This document shows, one piece after another, positions 13,457 to 26,523 of a stretch of 64,000 bases of DNA. Position 1 is the stretch's first letter, and each line of letters begins with the position of its first letter. The position numbers were made by a program, and so were the translations under genes. Source of the DNA: Fimbriosthenelais zetlandica (Eukaryota); NCBI GenBank assembly GCA_977030845.1, contig OZ365118.1, positions 16,988,001 to 17,052,000 of the forward strand, read 5' to 3'. The notes under the pieces were generated by a model. That model had not been told where the DNA came from. It did not search any database and worked only from the letters and a program-made list of their open reading frames with translations.

Positions 13457-13599
13457 GGGACTGATAATAAATAGCTGGGACCACTGGAGTCCATTCATCA
13501 GAGGTGTAGCTTGAGCTAGGGACCCTTCAGGGACGCTAAGGGACCTATAGCCAAGACGGGAGTACCATGGGACTGGCCGTGACCTATGTTACTGGGGAC
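13457..13599 (+). repeat. Array of seven same-strand GGGAC motifs (possible transposon subterminal or LTR relic)
   Basis: GGGAC at 13457, 13477, 13519, 13530, 13540, 13569 and 13595; TATAAA follows at 13611. Confidence 0.45.
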
Positions 13600-13939
13600 A
13601 ACCCCCTTCTTATAAACCCATCTCTGGCATTTTCACTCTCAAGTGAACTAGACTGAACCAGGCCTAACGCTGATCTTCAATTTTTGACGAAAATTAACAC
13701 AAGCCCGAGATGAATAGTCCTAGTGTTAAGGCAGACATTTTTCGGTACCCAGAAAGACACATCTAGACAAGTGAAAAGTAAAGTCGGGCTTCTCCTTGAA
13801 TCATGCACTGCCACTTTAGGAAGTAAATGCCGAGAGATGAAAGGTGTGATATTTTATAAAGCTTTATTGTCCTGGACATTTTCCAGATTTTGACATCTGC
13901 CATGTGGGTTAGCTTTATATAAAGTGACACTCTTCTCTA

Positions 13940-14000
13940 GCTTCTCTCCTCCCTCCCCAATCCCCCCTCCCACTCTCTCTCTCTCTCCCATCTCTCTCCA
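13940..14000. repeat. CT-rich low-complexity tract
   Basis: (CT)n and C-run mosaic on + strand. Confidence 0.85.
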
Positions 14001-16509
14001 GCCCATTTGTTATGTAGACAGGTCATATATTGTTACACACTTTATTTCCCAAAACTAGAGGGAAAACCCATTGCTCTCTCAAAGCCATTTTTCATCGGAC
14101 CTGTCAAGTTCATTTACTTCGGGAGTATCTTTCATGGTAAAACTGTTCTGAAACGTTTGTTGAAAGGAAGTTTTTTCGAGTATATTTTGAAATGAACGAA
14201 TTTAGTGCCAGTCTGAAAGTCTGGGTATTACTACAAGGTGTTGACTACAATTTAGTCTATGTATGTGACAGTTATGTTGATGATGGATTTTGTTGTTTTG
14301 ATGGTGAACACCTCATTTTTGTTCTCTCAGTGTGTCCTTGTGTTTTTATACAGATGATGGTTATTTGTGATGATATACTGATTGTAATTTATGAGGGAGA
14401 ACGTCAGCCTTGACGTTAACATGTGATTAATGTTTGCCTCGGTGTAAGATGGGGACAGAACTGCCTGCAATGTAATCATATGTAAGACAAGACACATCCA
14501 CGAGTGAGGCGCTTCATTTATCAGCCGCGATCTCAGTCCAGTGATGATGCTTGTTTGACATCCCTCCCCATGATAAAAACAATGAAAAAAAACTCCCGCT
14601 GATATATGTAGGGAAAAGCAGCCGAGAAAACAAGACTAAAAAAGCTGAGTAGAACTGATAAGAGATTGGAGAATGGCTTTGATAAACATGAGGATAATTA
14701 TACAAACACAATGGAGCAGGTTTGTACAGTATCCGGGCAGGCAGCTCAAGCAGTGAGATTGTGTAGCGGGGGTTGGCTTGAGGCTATCTACAGACAGAGT
14801 AGCCTTGCCACTACCAGTCCTAGTTACATACGATTAGATGGGGGCCTCAGGTGTTAATTTGCCTGCTGCCATAGATGGATAACAAACAGGGAATCAGGTA
14901 ACCACCCAAAACTGATTGGCCATGTGATGATCTGGCCTGCGGGGCCTGTTATCTTCTATATCGGCAACCTATTAGTATGGATTCGACGCGGCCAAATCTT
15001 GTATTGGTTGCAATCCGAGCCTCATTTGGTCCTGCCTGTCTGCAGGTGTTGGCTGGGATTAATCTCTGGGGCTTTTGTGTTGGAGGTAGGCAGCCTTCCT
15101 CATCCGCCTTGCCTTTTGCTACACCGTCTCCACATTGAAAAGTGGGAGACTGTGTCTGAGGAAAATGAGAGATGTTGCAGGGTGTCAGCTTTAAGGGTAA
15201 CTGGTGTATCACTGGGGATTGGTGTGGATGGAGAAGTCGGTGGACTGCCTATTGCTACAGTCAGTGGCCTGAGAACCTGCTGATTGCACAATAAGCGTCC
15301 ATTTGCCCATTGGAAGCAACAGGGCAGTCTTGTCCAGTGCGTTTCACCGCCAACAAGGCTGGGCCAAGCAGGTCAAGCCGAGGACCTGGATCCTCTCCCC
15401 ACTCACAGTCCCACCCTACACAACAAAGCCATTTGCACGTTAGAAGCTTTGAGGAGAGCCTGTGATTTCCTTAACAACAATGGGTAGCACCCATGTGGGC
15501 TGGTTCCTCCAAGATAATGGACGATTCTTCCTCACCAAGAAGTGCCACTTAACAATACCACCCTGTGAGATTGAGAATTAGTTCAATAAGCTGGAGTCAG
15601 GCTATCTGGTCTCTACTGAGGACACCACCTACAGGGTTGGCTTCCCTTTAGAGGAGATGATGAGGCTTTGAATCGAATCAGAGCCACATATATTACACGC
15701 TAATGCCTGGTTGATAGTCACTGATGCTGCAATATTAGCCATTGTACATCAATGAATAATGTCCCATATCACCTTGATGCCTTGCTTGCATCATTAACTC
15801 GTCAGGGAGGGGGTGTAGCTGTTGCTGTTTATGCTCATATGGCTAGGTGTTAGCAGCAAGGATCATGTATCATCCCTCGTACCATAGACAATTCATCCAT
15901 TGCCAGCTTAATTCAGTTGTCACTGGTCATTGGCGTCTCGTCCATTGTAATAACCACCAGAGCGACCTCAACTCTCCAGACGAGCAGGGCGGTGTTTAGA
16001 GACTCCATTGTGTCATTAGTGGCTACAACGGGCTGAACTGTTACAATTGTCTGACCCCCAACGCAATTTACCTATGACTCTTAAGAATTTAATCACATTT
16101 AGAGACTGTGAGGCCCATTCCAGTGGCATTGTATGGCTGCCCATGTTACAAATAAGGTTAGCGGGCTCGTGAAAATGCAATTACCACAGTGCGTACGTTG
16201 CGCAATTGAGTTAGTCTGTTTGGGTCAATCTCCCAGCTTTTGCTGCACAGCCATCATTCCACTAACCGTCCGGAAACCAGCAAGCCTCTGGTCAGACTCA
16301 ATAGTAGAGCTGAGAAAATGCAATGTACAAGTGAGAGAGGTCTGTGCTCTGCTTGGTTTACCATTGTGGACGTCAGCGAAAAAAGTTCTCATTTAGTGAT
16401 GGATCGAAGATGCAATTCATGTTTCGCTAGTGGCTCGTGAATGCTAGATCCCATCCTCCAGCCCACCTTCTCCCTTTCAAAAAGGATTTAAACTAATTGA
16501 CTCCAACTG

Positions 16510-16900
16510 ATTCCATCTTATTAGGGAGCGAGGCATTCCAGGGCGAGTGGTACACGCAGTTCAAGCCATCAACTTAATCACCCGGCCCAAATTGATGCTA
16601 AAATGTGATGAAACTAACTTTTCTCATATTTGTTAATTGAATCTGAGGCGACATGCTTTCAGATGCTATTTGCCAGGCATTGCTCCACTTGGGTGTGTCC
16701 GGACCATCGCACGCCACCTCAAAGCATCAATTGCTAATTCGAAGATGGCTTTTTACGAAAAGAACAACAGCGATTCATGAAAAATGTGTGCGTTAATCAC
16801 TTGGAGTTCATTGACTAGATGTGCCCGCGGCGCACGTGCTGGCTTTCTCCTGGGTATTTGATGTAATTATAACGCCGGATCTCCCTCACCAATCCTGACA
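16510..16900. promoter_or_regulatory. CpG-retaining, motif-dense block (candidate CNE)
   Basis: Local CpG excess (e.g. cccgcggcgcacgtgc), CACGTG at 16833, several TAAT/TTAATC cores. Confidence 0.35.
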
Positions 16901-17309
16901 GGGTTGGTGCTCAGGAAGCCACCCAAGAAGCTATTCCTTAAGCAAGAGAGAGACAGAGGGAAGAAAAAAAGACACCTTTGAGAGGAAGGGAAGGATCTGG
17001 GAGTGCTAATCAGCTTGGGCAGGACTTAGAGATGACACTGACTGGAATGGCTGATCCTAGTAAGGGTGGATAAAATCCAGCTGTCAGTATGCTGAGGTCA
17101 GTATCACACTCTCTGTCTCTTTGTCTATCTCCTCTATCAGTCTCTCTGTCTCATAGGCTGTGAAAGGACCATGAGAATAAACTGAACATCACTAATTTTG
17201 CTGAACTATGTGCAAATATCACAAGTGGTTATTGTTCTCCCTGCTTTTGCAAGTAATTTGCAAGGTCAGGACTGCACCGCTTCTCGTATAAAACATCTAT
17301 AAAGATGCT

Positions 17310-17370
17310 CTCTGTCTCCCTCCCTCCCCACTCTCTCTCTCCTCTCTCTCCCCTCCCCCCCTCTCTGTCT
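17310..17370. repeat. CT-rich low-complexity tract
   Basis: (CT)n and poly-C mosaic. Confidence 0.85.
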
Positions 17371-20300
17371 ACCCATTACAGTATATGAATGCATGTAATT
17401 AAACTTGCTCAATATCAGTAAGCTTTAAGAACATACTTCCCAAATTGATTGTGAAAGGAAGCCTTCATAATGATTCCCCTCCGGCCGTCAGGAAAAGCTG
17501 TCATTCAGCCAGCCGTATAGACCCTGGAACATATTTTCATTAGGAAATTTGACACATTCTAATGGTTCCTTCTTCTCCGGCAAGGCAGCGAGAGCTTAAA
17601 AGTTGCTGACTTCTCTGAGGGAAGTAAGGTTGCCACATATGAATCATTAGTCATCCGGTGGTTCAACTATGTGTATGACGCAGCGCTGAAGCTATTAATC
17701 AAAAAGAAACAAAGCGGTTGAGAAGCCGTAATTATGAAGCCCCAACTTCATATTCAGTAGCAAGCTTTTGTTTCATGTCCCCCTCGCCTTGGCACCTTCC
17801 ATTGAGCCCCTGAGGGACTGGGGAAATGACAGCAGCTTTTTTTCTTTCTGCCTTCTGCGCCAACACATGCAAAGTCCCTCGAAAGTGCAGATGTCTAACT
17901 ACAGCTTTTGCATATTCTTTTAGAAATTAGAAGGTACACAAATATTGTGTTATCTACAAACAATTGGTAATCACCATGAAGGAAATTTCTGTTAATTTAT
18001 ATTGGAGACATTATCTTGACCTATTTCTAAGCCGAAACTTTTTCTCGATAAAAAGTGGCTGCGGATAAATTTCAGTTGTTATCCAAGTCGAAGCTGGGGC
18101 TAAGTGATGCACTTCACTTTTATTTTTATCGTAAAGTTGCAGGATGATTCTCCCTGGGAAAATAGCGCTGTGATATATTATTTGCCCGACTGTTCATGAG
18201 TTGCAAACCTCCCTTATTTACTTCATATCGTGCTTCACTGAGCACCCATTACTTGCCTACCATTGGGACTTGGTCTGATGTCTATTTTGCATGGTTCTCA
18301 ATGTCCTCAAATGAACCCACCCCTGTACAGGGGCCTTTTTAAGAAGATGAGTTCCAGGAATGTATTTTTTTATTAGTTGCACTTCTAGAACAGACGGCCC
18401 AGCTTGGTGATATAAATCCACATATGGAGTGACTAGGGGCTGGTAATGCTAATCGTCCCATCTCCATACTTGTACCAAGAACACCACACCCCCCGCTCAC
18501 AACATGCACATTGCACTGTCCAAACCCTGCAATAAGTATTTACTTTATGACCCATTAGAATATATTTATCGTGGAATTATTTCAATATTTCCCAGATTCG
18601 GCCTGGGATTGGAGGCCATATTGCGGCCCCTGGGTTGTTAATCTTGACGCGTTGCATCCTTCACTCCACTGACCTTAGGCCTACAGCATTATACAATAAA
18701 TTTACATGGGCAAAAGGGCAGCGGGTTATCGAGTATTACTGAGTGCTCGACTATCGTAAGCATAGTGAGACCTTCTCATGGGCTTTGCAGGATAACTTAC
18801 CGCTAGCCAATGGGATGTCTTTAATGTGATAAGCCAAGGGGTAGCACATCTGCGTCTGTGATATATTGTAACCACATCCGCAGGGACCATGTCCCAGAGC
18901 AACAACGTAAAAGAAGCTGATAATGAAGATATCTTCATCTATGTTTACCATCTCACGGGCGGACTGAATCCCGCTCTGTCATTTAGTCTGAGATTAATCA
19001 ATCCCCCAACCAATGAATTCTGATAAAGTAGAGCTGGGGAAGACTTCATATATGTAAAGATGCCTTTAATCTCGCCTCTCAATGCCTTCATTTCACCAGT
19101 GACAATGTGTAATCAAGGCGCTTTGGAGCGGACACAAAGTGTAATCATTGCATTGAGGAAAATAGGAGAAATATTTGAACACAGCTTTAGCTGGGAACCA
19201 TCTCATTATACCTTTCATTAGGGTGGAAAAAATGGTGTATTTGTGTGGATCCCTCAGAGGGAATGTTTATATGAGGATGCCAATCGCCGGGGTCCGCACA
19301 TCATTTACCCACTGTGACAGCCTGGGACTTGCTGACAAGTTTTCTCTATTAGCCTGTGTTAAAGCTATTTTGGCCATTGTGTGGGTAGGGCTTTAGTTGT
19401 CTTGGAATCATTCTCCTATTATTGCTATAAGCATTTTCCATTCTGGCCCCAGCCTGCCCTGGGGTGCTTTGGCATATGTGCCATAATGAGGTCTGGTGTA
19501 GCGAGGGATTCCACCATAAACATTTCGCTGTTTATCCAACCCTGGCCATTGGGATGGGCCGACCGTGTGAAGAATGAAAGCCCTGGGGTTAAAGCCAGGG
19601 AGACCTCTTTGTGTATCTTTTGTTGTTTTTGCCCTCGGAAATCAAGGTGAGTGTTAAACCAAATAGCGGGAACGCGTCTCGGGACAAGTGGCTGGCGAGC
19701 ACCTCTCAAAGCCCCAAAGATGGGCCAGCTCCCATAGATCTCAGCCAGGCAGCTTTAGCCCATAGCTGGGCAGAAAGCTGGAACCATTGACTGTCTGAAT
19801 TGGGCAGCATTATGTGAGAGTGGAAGAAAGGCAAAGAAAGTGAATGTCTGTACTCTAGCAATTTATCGTGTTTGAGTAAGACAGCTCGTCCAAAGGCCAT
19901 TACTCTAAGGAGAGCATTAATCTACCTGGCTTCCTCCAGCTCAGCCCTGCCCTTGAGCTCCCGTCAAAGGTAAAGAAGCCCTATTTTAGTTTCTTTCATA
20001 TTTTTGCCTTGTCTCGCACGAGATACAAAAAGGCAATCGTGTCTGGATGAAATATGTTGAAGGGGAAAAACGTATAACACATATTAAATACATTACATCT
20101 TGTGATTGCTTCCAATGGGCCGGATTGATAAAAAGTCTGAGAGACTGAGACGTGAATAGATTTACCCCATTACCACTAATTGAGTCCAAAAATGTATTAG
20201 GATTGATTTGTCTCATGTGAATTGTTTATCTCTGACTGCAGGGCTTTAATTTATCTGACTTATCAATCATGCTCTTTCTTTTCTGCTCACTGATGGAAGT

Positions 20301-23300
20301 GAGACAATGATATCTAAAAATCCTTATCTCGCCCCGCCTTTTTCCCATTTCAGGCTTGGCTAGTTTGGAATAACCCTCAGTAAGTCCTGTTGCTCTTTTC
20401 ATCCAGCATGGCACTGGGAGTTTCTGATGAATACACGTGCCCACCATTTCACTCTTCATTTTCATTATTTCACCCACTGAAAGAAAGTAGTAATAGAGGC
20501 AATGATTTCCATGAAGGAAGCCCGTCCTCGGTTATTATTCCAGAAGTGGTTTTGTATCAATGAAGCTTGATTATTCTCGGCTCTGAACCAAGAATAAAAT
20601 CCACATGTCATTTATTTTGCTCAATCCCAGCCCGCTCCAATCCCATTCGGCTCCATTCATCGCATTTTAAAGGTTGGTTCACTTATGCAGACTTCTAATA
20701 CTTCCATTCTGATGGAGCTCTTAAATTGACTGGTTCTGATTGGATAGTACCGGATGCTGGTTATTGGATGACATTAAAATCATTTTGCCATAGGACTACT
20801 AAGGGAACATTTATATGCATGTGCCACAAGTGCTACCGTAATAAAATGTGACAAGAATTTGTCATTTCCTCCATAGAAACTTAATTATGAGATGGAACTC
20901 AATTTGTGACCAGAGCATGTCCCCTATATATATGCGTAACCGACCAACTGTAAGGAAATATGAGGAATTTTTCACCCCAGTTTCAGCCTTTCTATTACAG
21001 TGTAATATTAATAATTTCCAGGTTTCATACCTGGTAACCTTAAATGGGAACACCTTTATGGGGTGTCTTTTTTGAGGAGATGCAATCAAGCCATTCGCTG
21101 TGATTTGACCGAATCACCTCCATTCAAATACTGGCGACCCCTTCGCTCGATTGCCTCAATTAAACCCACGATTACTCAACTAGAAATCACATAGTGCCAT
21201 GCCTTTTCCGAAGATTTATAGCCATTAAATTATCTTCATTGTGATTAGGGAGAAAAGGAAGATGACCTGTGTTTGGCTCTGGCTGTGATAGTTAGCCTTA
21301 TTGGCTTGCATTAATTTCCTGCCAATAAGTCCAGAGTCAGTAAGCCAAAGTATGCCTTGTACAGTGAAGCATGTCAGCTACACAAACAGAGACTGGGGGC
21401 TGGCCCCCACCATTAGCATAGTGATTGGCATGGGACAGAGTAAGCTATAGTGTCATCATTAATTCTTCCCAGGAAACCAGACCCGCTAGCCACCATGCCA
21501 GCACCACTATCACTGGCTGGCAATTGATACTTTGCCTGCATGGGGTGATTTGGATTCAGACCAGTCCAACAGCCAAGGTTGCTAGTGACTCTGGAGTGTT
21601 ATTTTCCATGGCCATTTGGTGTTTAGGTTTATATAGGGATGAGTTGCTTGCGCTGGTGGGAAAACAGTCAGGACGGAGCATACAAACAACATACAAACTC
21701 ATACAAACTACTTGTTTGTTGGCTCAAGACGGTGTGGTTAGCCACAGCTGAATGCTAATATTATAATGGTTATTTGAGATCAATGACTGACAATGAACTA
21801 ATCAGTTCTGTAGTTGTTAGTTGAAGCATTGTTCTCGCACACTCTGACTGCGCCAGTTTAGTAAATGGATTTTGATCTAAGCCAGGCCCGATTAGATTTG
21901 AACAATATCAGTTACAAGTATTATTGAAGATTGGAATCCCAATAATCTGGATTACGAATGTCACCGAATAGATAAAAATGTGTTGGTGACATGTAGTCTA
22001 TCCGTCATTTAATCCAAGCAGAGACATCAAAATTACTCTGACAAAAAAGCCGAGAATTCATGGACTTTTCATCACAGGTTGAGTCTAATAAGCCCAGAAG
22101 CACTTAGAAGGAGGGTGCAAAAACCCCATCAGCTGGCAATCATCATTAGAGGAATTGCCCTCAAGTTAGATTTGAAATAATTTGATCGCTTGCATACAAA
22201 AGAGAGTGTTGGAAACAGTCCCAGTATCGACTTGCTATGCAACTGGGGTAATTTTAGAGGGATTTGTTGGGGGATTTTAACGTTCCCACTTGAGGACGAA
22301 ACGTCTGAATTTCAGGCATAATTGTCCTGGGGATTGGGCGAACTTGAAACTGAAGGATTGCAAGGGAAATGGGTGGAATCGATTGTGAGCTGCCAGGTTT
22401 TAGTGTTGGTGACTTCACCAAGTCCCCTGTTTAGAAAATATACCATGGATCTTAAGACTGAACAATTGTCCAAGACTATAATAATTATCCCATGTGAACA
22501 GAAGGAAATTCTTCTAGACTTAAAGGGAACACAAGGCCCTTCAAATGGATGTGTCAGTTTTATAAAATGAATAAAAGAACTTTCCAGAATGTTTTCGTTC
22601 AAGGAAACCACCCTGGCTATACTATTGAGTCTAGACTGAGAGTCTGGGCTTTCTGAACAAGATTGCTTGTGCCAACGCCTGACAAGGGCAAATTTGTCGA
22701 TACTTCCATACCTATCATACCGAGCACGCTTGCAGGCCCCGAGAGGTTGCTGTCAGGGTTAGCTAGCTATAGTCTTAGACAATGGGTTGAATTGTTGGCT
22801 GGGTATGGTAAGCTCTAAGTCAGTTTGTGAGTTGGTTTCGGCCTTTCTTCAGTAAGAAATGCAGGATGGCATCCTGGCTCATGTTACTGCATGTGTAATC
22901 AAGACCTGGAGGCCCTTGGCCATTCCTACCAAAGGCCTACATCAATCACTGCCCTTAACTGGCCACCCTACCCCCACCCCCTCCCCTCTCTAGTTTAAGT
23001 GCGCTCAACATCCGCCCAAGTAAATTAAGTCCTGCCAGATGAAGAGCTGCTCGCGCCTGTAGAGGAAGGAGCGTTGTGAGGCACTCATTAAAGTGGTGTC
23101 AGTGTGTGAGGCGACTGAGACAATGTGTGATGTGCATACCTCTCTATCTGGCCATGTCCCAGACCAACTGTCTAGCTAGGTATACATACATTTTATCGTT
23201 ATGAGCAGACTAATATGTTAGCCAAATTTGCAAGTCTCTAGCGTTATTCGTAGAGCTTAGAATAGCATAAGACTAGAGATGTCGTAGTCAAATTAGTATT

Positions 23301-24201
23301 GGGCTTTAGTACTGCATTCTTTAGGCAGTTCTACTTCATATTCCCAAATATACATGTTCAGAATATCATACATGTCAAGTAAATGCATTCGGAATGAGCC
23401 TGCGAATTTGCATTGCAAAGTGGCACTAAAAACTTCCAGTGCTACCTTAGCCACTGAGTACATCCTGAGAAAAAAAATGAAGTTGCGAAAGGCACTAAAA
23501 ACAAGCCAAGTCTCATGGAGCTCATCGTAAGACCATAGAGTGTGAAAACAGATGTAAGGCAGGGTGAGAAAGAAGTGTAGCTGGACACCCCATGAATAGA
23601 CCCGACTCATAACTATAGAAAGTAACTCTTCCCTGCTTTATGGAGTCATTCCCGCGGCCCAAAGGTCAGTGCCATGGATGAGGCTGGCTGGCTCATTACA
23701 GATCTACCGCACCACCAAGCAATCATTATATAATGAGAGGAATTGCTTTAGATGTTTGCCTATAGCACCCAGGGGCCTTCTCTACTGTATTAACACGACA
23801 CAAAGTCACTGTTCTGTATCAAGTATATTATATATACGTAATTCCCGCCCCTTTTAGCATCAATTCTGATGGGTTGTTGAGGTAAAGTACAGCTAACCTC
23901 CCAGGCAAGGGTAAATGGCAAGGCTTTATCCAAATTCCTGATTCTCATTTAATGCGGGTTATAGACCATGTTAGTTTAACTTCTAGCGACCAATTTATAA
24001 TTTGATGCTAATTCTTTAGGTCGAATGCATTTGGGTATTAGGCGTTTAAGTTTGTATCAAGATATGCGCCCTGGAAATGTCCCTTTGGAGTGGATTTCCT
24101 TAAAGTAACACCTCTGTAGAAACTTGAATCCTTTACTTAAAAGGGGGAAGACTTTTTCCTTACATCTGGATCAAAATAATTCAACACTTGTTCTTATAGT
24201 C

Positions 24202-24507
24202 AGATTAAAAGATTTCCGGGTGAACAGCTGAGAGGTTCATGTGAAAGAACCAAAGGGATTTCTTACAGATTTTAATCTCCTATGAAGCCTGGATTAATCA
24301 TCAAGTGAGATAGTTGGGGGTAGTTCATATTGATCAATTTACGTTCGTAGAAAGCCATACACATAAGTATTAATCCATACAAAAAGCATCTCAGGGAGAA
24401 CATCTTATTAGTTCAGTAAAACAAAGGTAATCTGGTCTTCAAAACCTGCTTATCCTTTTGGATCCCTGATAATCTGGCCTGCACTGTGATCCGAGGAAAG
24501 GTAATCT
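24202..24507. promoter_or_regulatory. Homotypic cluster of K50 homeodomain sites (OTX/CRX/PITX-type TAATCY)
   Basis: TAATCC/TAATCT or reverse complement at 24202, 24273, 24291, 24371, 24428, 24470 and 24502. Confidence 0.5.
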
Positions 24508-26484
24508 GTCTGCAGGCTTTCCTTGCCTTTGATCTTAATGGCACTTACACCCATTATCGCTCGCCCCTCTCAGATCTCTCACAGGGGACCGCATGTTGCA
24601 CAGGGACTCGATTAAGCCATTCCCAGAGGTACATATAACTCCTCTGAGCCAAAATAATACACGCAATATAGAGAAACACATCCCAGTACTTATGGCGGCC
24701 AATGACAAGACCCAAGCTTATAGCTCCATGAAAGTCGAGCAATATTTTATTTTCCTGGCCAAGGTAATAAAGAAAAAAGTTGTGTGGTAAAGGAATTATA
24801 TGTTGTTTTGGAGTGGTTGGAGCAGCATGGCATAGAGCCGTTCCCTGGGGGCTGGTTTTGTTAGATCTCTACAGATCAAAATCCACCCTGACCTAACAGG
24901 CTGATCAAAGCTATGGGCTACACAAGGTTACTCTCATAGAAGGGCCTGCCTGGGAGGAAGGTCAGGATAGAATGACGCTATATAGCTTCTCTGCTGATCG
25001 CCCCCAACAGAAGCTTACTTTTGGAATGGTTCATTTATGTGTCATCTGCCAATCGGGGTCATTACTAAGACCCCAGGGGTATTTCCGATTAGCTTTAGAT
25101 ATAGATGTTTTCGCCTTTCATTTTGTCATGTATTTCAGTTGTGACCTATTACTTTCGCTAACTTATGGCGTGTTTTACGTTCACTTACAGCATTTAGAAG
25201 GACCTACTATAAGAGTTACACATATATTTTCCCATATAAAATATTGTAGTCTGATTGTCACTGCAGATTCAGTTCTAGAAACTATCCAAATTCATACATT
25301 ATTTGCCTCTGTGAAAAGTGCAAGTGTGAAATATCAGTGTATTATCTGCCTTCGTAGAATCTTATGAGTGAAATTACCTGAAAAGTTCAGAGCTTTTAGT
25401 GACTAAAACTCAGAATGCCATATGCTCAACTGTTCTATGTATTGCTACTGCTGATTATTGTGGACTTGGGTCCTCTACATGATTACCTATGTGTACATTG
25501 TTTCAAAGGTAGAGGCCTATTCACACAGCAGCTATCATCTACTATCTTCAAAGGCAATTCTCTGGCCTTTTTGACTGCAATGGACATAAAGTCGGTACTC
25601 TCCTGACCTTTGAAAATTGTGATACACTAGATGGTTCCAAGTAGGAGAGCCAGGAGGCAGAGTAACCCGCAGCCTTTGTACTTTCTTGTCGTACTTTGTA
25701 CCTTGGTCTCTGATGAGAGCTCATCCAACTGCCTGAGGTTCAGGGATTCTTCCAAATGAACTCTTACAAGTCCAGTTTTGCCTATGATTCAAAGCAAAAG
25801 TATTTTTGATGATGCACTAGTTACTAGTGGTGACTCTCTGAAACGAGAGATGTTATTCTCCCCTTGTCTGTTTCGACTTACTATGTCAGAAGTTCAATAG
25901 ATTACTATTAGACTATCCCTGTGACCCAAGCTGCAGTTTGATATTACAGAGAAGTTATGAGGCTCTGTATGCATGAAAATGCTTCGCAACTGAGTCACAG
26001 ATCACCAAGGTATTCCTAATTTGTTCCGCACTTTGTGGAATCTTTTGATTATTCTTAACTTCTAGTGGAATAATCTTAACTTTTAGTGGAAGAATCCATT
26101 TGGTGGCCTTATCAATCACATGGTGACTGTGTGTAAATTACAGGTCTGGACGAGCACTAATTACTCATATACACTATGACCGCCAAATGAGCAATCCATC
26201 TCCTCCATAAGGATACTTGGAGTGATGAATGAAGTGAAGAAGAGAAGGGAGCGGATGGCAGGTTGATCTATCTGTCAACCATCCATCAAGCTGACAAAGG
26301 AGCTGACAAGCAGATCTCAGTCATGCAGGCCATATGGTCACATAATTCTAATCATCTGGAGTGAACCTCAAAATAGGGGCCACTGATTGAGCACCCAAAG
26401 CTTTATTATGCTCTATTTAAAGCCTGCTGCCTTGGTGATTAAAACTTGAACGTTCTGCTCTACTTTCTGTGTCTAAAGTTACAG

Positions 26485-26523
26485 GCTGCGACGCCTTCCA
26501 AGGACTTCTCAGCTCTGCGACAG
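26485..26523 (+). other. Candidate 39-nt micro-exon
   Basis: Pyrimidine tract ttctgctctactttctgtgtctaaagttacag| and donor CAG|GTGAGA; length divisible by 3; three CpGs in an AT-rich context; open as AATPSKDFSALRQ or GCDAFQGLLSSAT. Confidence 0.3.

Noticed and set aside
14541-14602. C/D-box snoRNA-like arrangement GTGATGA ... CTGA
   Set aside because: No terminal stem, no recognisable rRNA/snRNA guide, and such box pairs are common by chance
18751-18951. ORF with hydrophobic N-terminus and strong donor GCG|GTAAGT
   Set aside because: No acceptor or recognisable product. The block looks more like a GATA/E-box-rich non-coding element.
794-22970. TAGGGTGGCCAG (794-805) and its exact reverse complement (22959-22970), resembling hAT-Blackjack TIRs
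   Set aside because: They are 22 kb apart with no 8-bp target-site duplication (cagctgtt vs cccccacc). Many 12-nt inverted matches are expected by chance in 64 kb.
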